NCBI GenBank assembly: GCA_010093605.1
Contig: MU004199.1
Span: 62,001-126,000 of the forward strand
DNA from: Lophium mytilinum
Lineage: Eukaryota
Direction: 5' to 3'
Length of the DNA stretch: 64,000 bases
Shown here: in pieces, positions 10,849 to 23,165 of the stretch
Position numbering within the stretch: the first letter of the stretch is position 1
Layout of the letters: each line of letters opens with the position of its first letter
Notes under the pieces: model-generated
What the model saw: only the letters and a program-made list of their open reading frames with translations
Databases searched by the model: none
What the model was told of the DNA's origin: nothing
Translations under genes and position numbers: made by a program

Positions 10849-11490
10849 TCACACAGCCTTCCCCTTATCAACTCTAACTCTGAAAACAGCCCCAGTCCTC
10901 TCCTCCGTAAACCACATCGCCAACGCTCCACCCTTATCCAACATCCAACTGACCTGACCCAGCCCCTTCGCACTATCCGTCCGTTCCTTCGTTCCCTTCT
11001 CAGCAATCTTCTTAGTCTTTCTACTACCCTGCCCCTCCTCCCCACTCCCTCCGCTCTCCTCTTCTCTCACGTCCTCGTCCCTCCCAAACTCCTCGAACTC
11101 AGCGTTTTCCACAACCCCTGAATGAGCCTCCTTCAAGTACTCCAAACACTTCTCGTTCGCCGCTTCAATCCTCTCATACATCCCTACATAATCATCAAAC
11201 TCCTGCTTTCCCTTGGGGACGGTTTTGGTATGCGTGACAACGTAAGCCCGCGACGGGGAGGGCGGCGTATAGCTCTCGTTAAAGGAGAATACAGGGCGGT
11301 AGTCGTAGCCTTCGTTGGCACGCTGGCGGGCGATACGGGCGATGCGTGCGAGGCGGGCGTTGCGGTTTGCGGAGGTCACGGCGTGGAGGAGTGCGGCGGG
11401 GTAGGATGAGTAGATTGGTTCGTGGGATTTGGTTTGCGTCGTTGGTGTCGTGGTAGGGGGTTGGCTGGTATAGACTGTGTGTTGCTCCAT
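10849..11490 (-). CDS. Hypothetical protein (213 aa)
   Basis: ATG-initiated ORF with the same C-rich 5' / G-rich 3' composition as recognisable genes here. No recognised domain. Confidence 0.55.
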   Translation of the reverse strand: MEQHTVYTSQPPTTTPTTQTKSHEPIYSSYPAALLHAVTSANRNARLARIARIARQRANEGYDYRPVFSFNESYTPPSPSRAYVVTHTKTVPKGKQEFDDYVGMYERIEAANEKCLEYLKEAHSGVVENAEFEEFGRDEDVREEESGGSGEEGQGSRKTKKIAEKGTKERTDSAKGLGQVSWMLDKGGALAMWFTEERTGAVFRVRVDKGKAV

Positions 11491-12343
11491 CTGGAGGTTT
11501 TGGGGAAAGGCACGATCCTTTGGCTTGATTCTAGAACTTTATGGAATGATGATGAAGAGTGCGAGGAAGTTGATAAAAGTTGGAGAAGGGTGAGGGAGCT
11601 TGTTGGAGGTACCTAGTCTGCCCCTCTTTAGCTATGTAGTGGTTGAGCGTGGCTGGTTGTGGTCTAGGGTGGTCGAGTGATGAGATGGTACCGTGGAGCG
11701 TGGTTCGGAGCGGAGCGGCTATTTTTAGCGTTTCGATAACGACGAAGTTGGATATAAGACTGCCTCGAGAGGTCTGGACATCTTTTCTTCATATTCGACT
11801 CTGGAACTCATGGGTAATCTGGATTTCTTCGCAGTCTCATCTAGGACAACGAAAGTCTTAGCTGGCTACACAGCGAGGAAAGGCGTTCAGATGAAGACTC
11901 TCCTTCCACCAGCAAAGCGTCCTCCAAGACCGCAACAATTCTGAATCGTACTCACAGCTCATAGCCAAGCTTGAGAAGCGATGGATGGTCGTCAGGATAT
12001 CTTCCTGAGGCATGAGACAAACTACATCCTCCATTCGGCCAATTAAGTGGATCAACCAATCAGAGTGCGGTAGTGACATTTTTGAGCGGTGACATATCGC
12101 CCTCTCCACCTTCCTTCAGCCTTCGTATCTACATCAATCTATAGCACTTCCGTTTTCTACTGAATTCCAATCTCACCCTTTCCTCGTCTTATGCAAGTAA
12201 TCACATCGGGCGCATTCTCCCTCCGCTGTGTCCCTCACCCGGTGACCCTATTCGCATTCACATTATCGCATAGAATCATTCTTCCGCGTGTATGTAAAGT
12301 TAAAAAGACATGAGCATTGCACACCAACTCTCGATTATTTGCT

Positions 12344-13416
12344 ATGGGTGACCTAAATAATACAGGGGCAGCCCGTGCGGTGGTCGAGCTCGAACCGGAG
12401 CTATCGTACCTCGCTACTACCCTCGCCATCCCCGCTTCAGAAGACTCACCAGAGATCCGGAGCACCTACCGCCCTTTCTTACTCTCGCCAGAAGTCGCAG
12501 AAAGTGACTGGGTCTCGAAACTAGAGCTCAGCACCGTGTTGAAGATAGGAGAAGAAGACCTGAAGAAGACTAGGGAGAGATTGAAGGTGCTTGTGCTGTT
12601 TGGCAGTCTGAGAAGCCGGTACGTTACGTCTAATGTATGATAGCCCTATAAGCCTTGCATAGATTTGCATGCTGGTATGATGAGTGATGGCTGATGTCTG
12701 ATTGCTGACGGCTATAGATCTTACTCTAAACTGCTAGCGTTCGAAGCGGCGAGAATTCTATGGAGGCTGGGCTGCGATGTGCGAGTTTTCGATCCCACGG
12801 GATTGCCAGTGAAAGATGATGTCCAACACCAGCATGAGAAAGTACAAGAGTTGGGAAGTTTGAGTCGGTGGAGTGATGGGCATGTCTGGGTGAGCCCCGA
12901 GCAGCACGGCAACTTGGTAAGTCAACGCCCCCTATCTCCCAAATTTTGCAATAAAAGGAGCAGGGAGTAGAAAGGTGTCCGTCTGACGACTTCTAGACCG
13001 CAGTTTTCAAAAACCAAATCGACTGGATCCCCCTTTCTACTGGTAGCGTCCGCCCTACTCAAGGGCGTACTCTCGCTGTTGCCCAAGTCTCTGGTGGCTC
13101 CCAGTCATTCAACACGGTCAACTCGCTCCGGATTCTGGGGCGATGGATGCGTATGTTTGTGATCCCGAATCAGTCGTCGGTTCCAATGGCGTACACGCAG
13201 TTTACTAGCGAGGATGCGGGAGAAGGGGGAAGTAGGATGCTGCCAAGTGGGAACCGGGAGAGGTTGGTCGATTGTATGGAGGAGTTCGTGAAGTATACGG
13301 TTGTGATGAGGCCACACTTTGAGGTATTTGGCGATCGGTATAGTGAGAGGAGGGAGAGAGAGGCAAAGAGGGAGAGGGAGCGGATGATAGTGGAGGAGCA
13401 GGCGAATGTGCCTTGA
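12344..13416 (+). CDS. arsH: Arsenic resistance protein ArsH (NADPH-dependent FMN reductase), 3 exons
   Basis: [86 protein letters not shown]. Introns ~12619-12717 and 12917-12996. Confidence 0.92.
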
Positions 13417-13481
13417 AAGGGACTCGGAGAGTAGAAGCTGGGATGTACCTCCTAGATTTTGATACGCACCATAGTGGGGTA

Positions 13482-13716
13482 TAGCACTGAATCATACGTT
13501 TGAGTACACGGATTATTACTGCTTACCGTCTATCTTGCCTACCTGACACCACTGTAGGGGGTGTCCTGGCTGCTCGGTAGCTAGTTGGTCAAGAGGCAGT
13601 CTAATTCGCACTGCTTGGAACTCGGCCGCAGACTTGCATTCTCGAAATTCTTTAGAGCAATCCCAGCTCAAGCATTGACGAGTGAGTATGCCTAGATGTA
13701 TGGCCTGCCACGGTGT
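13482..13716. mobile_element. MITE copy 2 (degenerate)
   Basis: Collinear with 305-532 (GACACCACTGTAGGGGGTGTCCTGGCTGCT...GTCAAGAGGCAGTCTAAT...CGAAATTCTTTAG); both TIRs decayed. Confidence 0.75.
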
Positions 13717-15596
13717 ATGAGGCCACCTCCAACTCCATGTCATTTATACCACGCACGTGACATGCACGTGACTGAATTGAATTCGATCACTCACAGTTCT
13801 ATGTCGTGTTCAGCCTTGGCTACAAATGCTTTTGTATGAGTCCTCTCTGATTTGGTTAGTCCTCAGATACAACAACGACGGCGACCTAGGTACGAAGGAC
13901 TCTGGGAACAATGATCTACTTCAGACACTTGGTACTAGAGGATAACTTAGTGCATAGCGAATGAAGGGAGGTTGCTTTATCCTGCATATCATTATCAGAC
14001 TTCGAACGGTACTGTTAGTGTCTTTCGTAAGTGCCTATCGTAGAGAATAAGGCCTGGAATTCAAATAGCGGTTGAAACTTGACACTACATCATTCCAAGT
14101 TTACTGACTACTTTCGGCCCCCAAATGAGCATCCATATCGTATCGCGTCATGTCGACCCGAGTCGTACCCATCGCCACGCGTCGATCCCCTAGGTGCACC
14201 TTTGTACTTTGACACACACCACAGCTTCTCTCGCTTCGAACTCGTGGCGCCAAAAGACCCAGCATTCTCCTGGACAGCATCAAACCATATTCGGATTTAG
14301 CAGTATCATTTTGAGTTGGCTTCATCATCCCGGGATAAGATGGCCGTGTATAGCGGCTACGCTAACCTAACGGATTCCCCGAGTGCATGGTTAGCCGCAT
14401 CCTCGTGGCTGGCTCGACGGGTCTGGCGGGTGTCTAGCTGTGCGCTGAGCGGCTGAGGTGCTCGGACCGAAAGTCGCAGAATTGTCTAGCTAGAGCAAAT
14501 GCTCCGGTGCGTGGCAGGCTTTACGAAAATAGTGCTAAGCGCAGGTCTCGGAGAACATGTTGGAGAATCATAAGAGGTGAGCTGGTGAGGTCAATACACG
14601 GCTCAGTAATTCTCTCTCCGTTACCCTCACGGATAAAAAAAGATGCATCTGTCATCTGTGGAACCTCATTAGACGGCACCAGCACACCGGGATCTGCGAC
14701 CAGCTCAGCCTTCAGCCTTATGTACCGCGAGCCAGTTCGGCCAACGCGGCCCCCAAGCGAGTGGGGCGCTAATGTCGTCTAGTAATAACTATCCTTAAGG
14801 TAGTCTAGCATCAATTACGCCCGGTGGATACTGTACAGGGAGATATTTACAGCCGCTTACAACTCCGTCCCAACCTCAAATCCTACTCTCACCACGCCTC
14901 ATGATATTGCACGATTAGGCATCCCGCCATGGGCACTGTGAAGACTGTTCCCAATCCAGTTTACATTAACCACGCCTGAGCCTCCAATCGACAAGACATC
15001 ATGCCTGAAGAAGTTATCGATCTCCCAATCACATCGCCATGCATCTGGGCTGAAGGTGGCTTGCACTATAAATCAACTACTGGTCCTCAGCGCGCCACTC
15101 ACCACACCGGTCACCTACTCTACGGCGGCGCCGGGGTCCTGCTATCAACAGCCACAAGCGCAGCACAGTCCAGCTGAACTGGTCTGGGTAATTCTAAAGA
15201 GGTGGGTCGGTCGGTGGGATATAAGCTTGAGTGAAGGACGTGATGATGGTGATCGTTGGGCGTAGCTGGGCCTGGGCTTCACATTTGACTCTTGAGTCAC
15301 GTAGGGACATTGCGACGACTATATTACCTCCAACTTGTCACTCTAGTCTCTCTCTCACCCTAAATCATCTCTTTGCTCTGTTGCTCTCTGTTGCTGTCTT
15401 CTCTTTCTTTCATCTCGCCCTCTTAGTTGCAGGCGTGAAGCAGCCAAGGCAGTCAGCAGCCCTTTTAAGCCTTGCGTTCTGACATCACTATATCCACCAC
15501 CCTTTCATTCCTAGCTTTTGTTACATTCTTATCCTTATTCTCATCTTCAACCTTATTCACTACCGCCTCATCATCTCCATCTCTGTTCAAGTGGTA

Positions 15597-17476
15597 ATGG
15601 ATACCTCGACAATGGAGTCCACTCCATCTCCACCACCTACCGCCCACCACTCCTACATGTCTTCCGCCAGTTCAGGCGTCCTAAAAGACATAGCCATCGA
15701 ACGCGGCTCGTACATTGCTTCCTCCAACAGCTCTACTACCGAGAAAAGGAGAAGCAATGGAACGAAGGAGGCCCCGCCGTGGAAGCCCAACCCCCACGAA
15801 CTCGCAATCATGCTCTCGCTCGCCCTCATCTCGCTCATGGTATCACTAGATGCCACGATCGTCATCACAAGCCTCAGCGTAAGCCCTCAACTTCCTCGCC
15901 ATTTCCCACGTGCACCTCGGAACACTGGCACTAACACCACCAGACAATCGTCCGTGACCTAGGCGCAAGCTCGACAGGCGGCTTCTGGATCGGGACCTCC
16001 TACCTCCTCACCTGCGCCGCCACCATGCCCTTCACGACCTCCCTCTCCTCCGTCTTCGGCCGACCCCCCCTCCTCCTCTTCTCCCTCGCCCTCTTCACGA
16101 CCGGCACCCTCCTCTGCGCAGTGTCGCACTCCCTCGCACTTCTCCTCGCAGGCCGCTGCGTCCAAGGCATCGGCGGCGGCGGCATCATCTCCCTCTCCCT
16201 CGTCATCTTCACCGACATCGTGCCGCTCCGCTTCCGCTCAAAATACTACGGCATCATCCAAGGCGCGTGGGCGTTCGGGACGTGCATCGGCCCCGTCATC
16301 GGCGGCGTGTTCGTGGAGAAGGCGAGCTGGCGCTGGGTGTTTTACGTCATGTTCCCGTTTTGCGGGATTGGGCTTGCGGCGGTGGGGGGGCTGTTGACGC
16401 TGAAGCCGAAGACTGAGTCTCTGGGGGAGAAGATGGCGAAGGTGGATTGGGCGGGCGGGGTCGTGTTTATCGCGAGCTGTACGAGTTTCCTGGTCGCGGT
16501 GAGCTGGGGCGGGACGCAGGAGCCGTGGGAGTCGTGGCGGACGATTGTGCCGCTGGTGCTCGGTGCGCTGGGGATGCTGGCGACGGGGCTGTGGGAGCGG
16601 TATGGTGCAAAGCAGCCGTTCTTGCCGGGAAGTTTGTTTTACTGCCCGAGTGCTTTTTCGGCGTACTTCGGGGCAACGGTGCAGGGGTTTCTCGTAAGTC
16701 CTGATCCAATTTTCTGCCCCCTTTTTCCTGTCAGGAGATGGGTTGCTAACAAAGCGTGTGGTTAGTTGTATGGCGTCCTCTACTACGGCCCCCTCTACTT
16801 CCTCGCCGTTCATCTCCTGTCCCCGATCTCGGCCGGCGTCTCCATCCTCCCCACCACCCTCGCCCTCGTCCCCGCCTCCGTTGCCGTTGGTGCCATCGTC
16901 TCTCGCGTCGGAAACTTCCGCTGGGCTGTCTGGAGTGGGTGGGTGTTCACCACCCTCGCTCACGGGCTCATGATCTTGTGGGACGTGCATACATCCACTG
17001 CTGTCTGGGTGGTCATCATGATCATACTTGGCTTGGGACACGGACTCGTACTGAACGCGCAGAACTTCGCGACCCAAGCGATCGCGAAGCCGAAGCAGGA
17101 GGGCGAGGCGGCCAGTATGTACGCCTTTCTACGGAGTCTGGGGATGGCACTGGGAGTTGGGGTTGGAGGGAGTGTGTTTCAGAATGTGATGAAGGTGAAG
17201 CTTGGACACTTTCATCTACCGCTGGAGATTGCGAGCAACGCCGAAGCGTATATTGAGACGGTGAAGCGTATGCCGGTCGACTCTGTCATGCGGGTGCAGG
17301 TGTTGGAGAGCTATGTGTACGGCTTGAGGGGGGTGTTTGGACTCTTCTGCGGTATGGCGGGCCTGGCAATGGTGGCGAGTGCTTTTGTCGGGCGGTTCAA
17401 GCTGGACAAGGAGTTGGAGAGTGAGCATAAGCTTGCCGAGAATCGGTGGAGTAGGGGTTTGAACAACATGGCTTGA
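15597..17476 (+). CDS. MFS drug:H+ antiporter (DHA2/14-TMS type), 3 exons
   Basis: SLDATIVITSL, WIGTSYLL, GRCVQGIGGGG, GPVIGGVF...WRWVFY. Introns ~15879-15943 and ~16695-16764. Confidence 0.9.
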
Positions 17477-18638
17477 GATCTTGGAGGCGGCTTACCTTTT
17501 CTTTCATTGCTATACCCTTATGATTTACGATCTGGATCTTGGCAAAGAAAAATTGAGTTATGATAGTTCTAGGTAAACCCAGTTTCTTCAATCATAGTAG
17601 ATATGATTCGAGTATTCGCGGTATCGTTTTCTCTTCGAATATTTCTGCCGGTATGACTCAAATAATGTCTCTTTTTAGACACCAGACCAGTGCGCGTCGT
17701 GATGCAAGTCCTATTGGCGAGGAATTTGCAGGCTGATTGACGGCGTCTGGGGTCCCTCGAGTAGTTATGAAAGCCCAGTAGCAACGACATGGACCACGTC
17801 GTGTGAATTGGGTACGTTCCATCTTTGATCGCGAGAATGACTCTACCGGGCACGTGATCCACAGATATATTGGAAGACTATCGATACTCTCTCATCAGCC
17901 CACTGCAGCAAGCGATTATGAGAGCGCTTGAGTTTCATCAAGGAGCATTCGAATTGAACATGCCAATAAATGCTAAGGGACATACAAACAATTACCTGGC
18001 GTGGGCAGCCTCGTGCTTTCAGGGAGTTCGGGAACAGATATTTTAGCTCTCCGAGAATTTGAGCCCTTCACGCGACGCATCCGAGAGTTCCATGAGGATT
18101 ATAATTTCAAAGTAGATGCCGGCCAAAGCCGTAATTCTAATAGCCTTTCTAGATAGAAGAGGTTTGAGGATTAGAGGAGGTGGGAATAGGAATACGGGTT
18201 TACCGAGTTGGCTGGCGCCACGTCTCAGCCATCTAGACGCCTCATCGTAGCCACCGCGATGCCCCTCATGGCTCGCTCAATCCTCCAAGTCATGGTGTTT
18301 ATAGTTCATGATGTAGAGGTAAGGAGGCAGGACACGGGATGAGCCTTCTCCCCGGTACGACGCTAACCCTGGCCAAGCCAAGCGAAGGATCTGAATTAAC
18401 CTTATAAATAGAGGTTGTGTGATCGACAGGAGTGGAGCGGAAATTCCCTCTTGGCACCTTCTGACCTTGCCGTGTCCGTGTCTTGCCACTCTATTTCTTC
18501 TCTCACCACCACTGTCTCGTTTTCTCCTTCACCACACACTCGTTTGTCAGGTGCAATACCATCACATTCGTTAAGAACACACAAAACAACCAAATAACCC
18601 AAAAAACACCCACAAAGCGCCTCATCCAAACCACAACG

Positions 18639-19373
18639 ATGCGCTCCACTACAGTCACTATCATGGCCACGGCCCTCTCCCTAACCACTTCCACCCTCGC
18701 CCAATCCACCTCCGTAACCGCCCTCTTCATTCCCCAAGGCGGTGACACTCAGGCCCTCGACGCGTCCATTGTGGGCGTCCACGCTGCCACCACGACTTGG
18801 GCCATCAACTGCCCCGTCGGCACCGACAGCAGCGACTGCGGCTACGAAGGCGCATTTACCTTCACCGTCGGCCCCTCCTTCTACGAAGCGCAAACCACCG
18901 AAGCCCCTGTGTTCTCGTACAGCGTGCATTGCGATCTCGACGGCACGTCGACCGCGACCTGTACCGAGAGCGCAGGAGGGGAGAGCGCGAACTTCCCGGG
19001 CATGAGTACCGAGACGTACACCGGGACGGACGTAGGAGGGATACAGACGGTGACGATCACGGGCGGACTGGAGAAACTCGCTGGTGCTACTGGTGCTGCG
19101 TCGGCGAGCGAGACGGGTGCGAGCGCGTCTGCGACTGGGGTGTCTACTCCCAATACTAGACCCGCTGCTGCTACAACTGGATTGCCTTCGCAGTCTGCAT
19201 CTCTCACGTTGCTGACTGGCACGAAGACGACGGTGCATAGGACAGAGGCTGGAGAGGTGACGACGGGTACAGCGGCTCAGGCGACATCGACCGGTGCTGC
19301 TGATGGTCGCGCGGCGATGGGCATGTCGGCTGCTGGTATTGTGGGGGTGGCTTTGGCTGCTTTTGCGCTCTAA
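18639..19373 (+). CDS. Secreted Ser/Thr-rich, probably GPI-anchored cell-wall protein
   Basis: Signal peptide MRSTTVTIMATALSLTTSTLA; small Cys domain (LDASIVG...NCP...DCG...CDL...CT); Thr-rich stalk; hydrophobic tail GIVGVALAAFAL. Confidence 0.8.
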   Translation: MRSTTVTIMATALSLTTSTLAQSTSVTALFIPQGGDTQALDASIVGVHAATTTWAINCPVGTDSSDCGYEGAFTFTVGPSFYEAQTTEAPVFSYSVHCDLDGTSTATCTESAGGESANFPGMSTETYTGTDVGGIQTVTITGGLEKLAGATGAASASETGASASATGVSTPNTRPAAATTGLPSQSASLTLLTGTKTTVHRTEAGEVTTGTAAQATSTGAADGRAAMGMSAAGIVGVALAAFAL

Positions 19374-19980
19374 TCGCTCAAACCAATCGTTGATGAGCTT
19401 AAGGAGCAGAAGAAGTCATGATATGACGACAAAAAGACTGAGTTCCTGGGGAGTTACTGTATAGACAAGAAGCATGACTCTTTGCGGAGAAAAGATAATA
19501 GTAAATTGCATCCATCTTTCAGTTTTCGACTGTTCTATATCTGTTCCATCTTGCATCTAATCCCAAAACTGCTGCTTAGTAAGGTATAGTGACACATAGC
19601 AGTCGGGATCTCTCAGCCTGCGTTTTCATTAGAGCCTTGTACGTGACAATCACGTGATTTTCATCCATCAATCATTTCGGCTGCTCGTATGTGCCCGACT
19701 ATTTCTCAATAGTATTACGAGATTTGGAAGCGTTCATATCTGAACGCTATGTTTTGTTACATTCGGATTTCACGCACTGCAAAAGGCCAGGGATGTCTCG
19801 TAGGGTCCAACACGGCTCCAACAGCACGCATGTCAATTCCGATTTACAAGCCTCTCGCCTCTAGAGGAACTACAAGAGCAAGAGCAGCAGACATAGGTTT
19901 AAAAGGGAAAAATGTGAGATCATGCTTCGTACCAACCACCATTGCGTCCATCCCAATCCGGTTTCGCTATATTTCTTTTC

Positions 19981-21775
19981 TCAAAGGTTGTAAATCCTTA
20001 CTCCCTTCGTCCCGGGATTCTCAACATCAAAATCAAATCGATCCGGAATCGCCAACCCCTCTCTTTTATAACCCTCCCAATTTCTATACCTCCTCACCGC
20101 CGTCCCATCCTTCCACAGCCACAAATCACTCGTCTCCTCCTGCCACTTCTCCAACCTAGCCCTCAAGCTCACCAATAAGTCCGTATGCGCTGGATCGGCT
20201 GCAAGGTTGTTCACCTCCAGCGGATCAGACTCAACGTCATACAATTCCTCCGCAGGGCGTTGTATATACGATTTTAGCGAGCGTTTCCCAATCACAGGCG
20301 GAGTGCTATTCCGCATCCCCTCAAACGACAAACTCGCATACAAATCCATTGCAAACGGGAAATCAAGCTTCCAGCACACATTCCGATGGTACTTCCACCG
20401 CCCCGTCCGCAGATACCGCGTTGGCCAGTAATTCGTAACCTCATGAAACGTATGGCTCCCATACACCTCGTTCCACCCGCTCTCCTCGGCGCTCGAGCCT
20501 AGAATCGGGAGAATCGACCGTCCCCGCCGCGGACCAGCTGCGGCACCGGTATTCAGCTCCTCGTGGCCAGCATACGCAAGCAGCGTCGGCAGCACATCGA
20601 CATACGAAATAAGATTCGGATTCACACCACCTGCTGCTACCCCGAGAACGCGCAGTAGAAACGGAAGATGAATCCCCGCGTCATACAGCGTCGTCTTCGA
20701 ATTAATGAACGGCGGGCCGTTATCACTCAAAAACAGTACCAGCGTGTCCTCCCCCAGCCCGCTCTCCCCCAGCGCCTTCAACACCAACCCGACCGACGTG
20801 TCCAGCCGATGGATTGCGCGGTAGTACTCCGCCAGCTCCTGCCGCACCTCCGGTAGGTCGCTGAGGTACGGCGGCACCTGCACGTCTTTCGGCTCGAAGA
20901 CGCGGTCGGTGAGCTGGGGGGAGTGGTTGCCGGCGACGTTGCCGAAGCCCCCGCGCGAGCCGAGCGCGCGGTGCGGGTCGGTGTAGCCGATGGTGAGGAA
21001 GAAGGACTTTGCTTCTTGTTTGGCGGCGGCGAGAAAGGATTCTGCGCGCGCCGCGATCATGGCGCCGTCGCGGCTTTCGCCGCCCTGGTCTTCGATCGTT
21101 CGGATGCTCCAGGGGTAGACGGAGGGTGGGCCGACGTGGACTTTGTTGATGATGCCGGTTTTGTAGCCGAGGTCGTTGAAGAGCTGGAATGATGGTGTTA
21201 GTCGTGCGTTGCGCCTAAGAGGGGGGCTTGGGGAGCGTACTTTTGGAGCTGTGGCGATGTGTGGCAGAGTTTGAAAACCGTTTGCTTCGCCGACGAGGCC
21301 GTAGGAGCCGGTTTGGTGGGTGTGGAGGCCGGTGTAGATTGTAGTGCGGGAGCCGGAGCAGGATGCTACGGGAGTTTAGTAGGAGGCATGGGGTGGTGGA
21401 TGGGGGTAAATAGCACAAAAGGCTACATTGAGACCACATGATGGTAGAGCAAGAGGAGGTGAGTGGGGAAGACAGAATGATTTAGCGTTTAGTCCATCGT
21501 GACTCGATTGAAAGAAGCAGTAAGGGTTAATGAAAAAGAGGAAGGGAAATGGGAACGTCAAAAACTAGACGAGAAAACCTCGCAAAGCGTGACGAATAAG
21601 ATGTACAGACATGGAAGGAAAGCTTACCAGTACTAGCAAAGGCGTTCGTAAACCGTGTGCCAGATGCGGCGAGGGCGTCAAGGTTTGGCGTAAGCTGGGC
21701 AGGTCCGCCATAGCAGCTCATTTGCTCGCGACCGAGGTCGTCGGCGATGAGAACGAGAATGTTCTTGGGTGCCAT
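19981..21775 (-). CDS. Sulfatase (N-sulfoglucosamine sulfohydrolase-like), 3 exons, no signal peptide
   Basis: KNILVLIADDLG, TPNLDALA, spliced SCSGSRTTIYTGLH, GIINKVHV, DPHR, LFLSDNGPPF..SKTTLYDAG, EELYDVESDPLEVNNLA. Confidence 0.9.
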
Positions 21776-23165
21776 TTTGGGGAGTACTTTCTGCTTGGAA
21801 TCTAATATCGTGATCGCAGTGCCCAGATTTATTCTGGTGATTCTGATAAAAGAGTGGACAAAAGCTTTTGGGCGAGACTCTTCCTTACAACTTCCGATTG
21901 GCTGAGAAAAAGCAGGCAATATCAGACGCTGCATTTCAGAAGAGAGAGAAATTGAGGACATAGGGTAGCAGAGTTGATCGCTTACAATCACGTCACGGAT
22001 TTACTGGATTGCACCATGGGGGTATGTCCTATCCCTGCGCAGATCGTTATTGCATGCAAGCAAAGCACACCATCTCCACAACAGGAATAAAGACACAAAT
22101 GCGTCAACAGGCTGTCTGAAGTCCTTCAGCAAGTTCGTCTTGCTCTACGATGCAAAATCTGATCTGGACACCCCGTTCATCTTTTTGACAAGCCTTAGAC
22201 CTCACTAGACCACCTCAGACAGGGGCGGATCGCAGTACACAAATTAGATGTGTGGCACTCTTCACGTGTTTGATTGACACTGGAAAGAACAGAAACATAA
22301 CATTTGGCTAACGTAATAATGCTATGTCCGATTTCCTCATCTTGTTTTACATCTCACGTGACATAGACGTGACCACTATCCAATCCTGTTGTTGGCCATG
22401 TCTCGCTCGCCGCATCCTGCGAGTATTTGCTCTCTCACATGCATCCCCAGAGCCATCTTTTATACATCTGAGTGCTCGGCCCGGGGTGGCTGGCCCGGGC
22501 ACTGACTGTCCAAAATGCAAGCGGTTCCGGCGAGATTTGAAGGGCGTATGTGCAATCAACAGATTAACCTGCAGTGTTGGTCAGGTGTTTGGTCATTATC
22601 GTAACAGTAACGAATCGGGCGCCAATGATGTGAGTTTGTCTGTATAGAGTTCAGGCCTCACGGCTCTAGAACTTAGTACTTGCTAGGAGCTACAGTCACG
22701 TGAGTATACGTGACTGTAGCGAATACTCCTCTTTTCTTCGTTCCTATGTCGTGTTATCCACTACCTAGCTCCAAGGTATCTTTGCCTCATCCTGTGAGCC
22801 CTCAGCTCTTTTACTTAACTCGCCGCAGCCTCACACATTATGGTGATTTTGAAGTAGGAGAGGGTCAGGGAGCCAGAGTCAACTAGATTAGCAATTTCAG
22901 GTTTTATTCTTTCCAGAACTTTGTATTTGTTTCATCCATTTACGTTTCTTTACTTTCAGCTAGAGGAGTACGGATCATATGCAGCTAGGAGCCAATCACG
23001 AACGAGGTCGGCAGACCCGCCAACTAGACTAAAGCACGTTAGCCCGATTACCAATCTAACTTGACTTATAGGGTTGGATATAGGTATGAGAGACTGTGTC
23101 CTTCCTTCAAGGTTACACGGGTATACTACTCTGTTCTGTAGCTGCTCAAGATCCAAGACGCTAAA

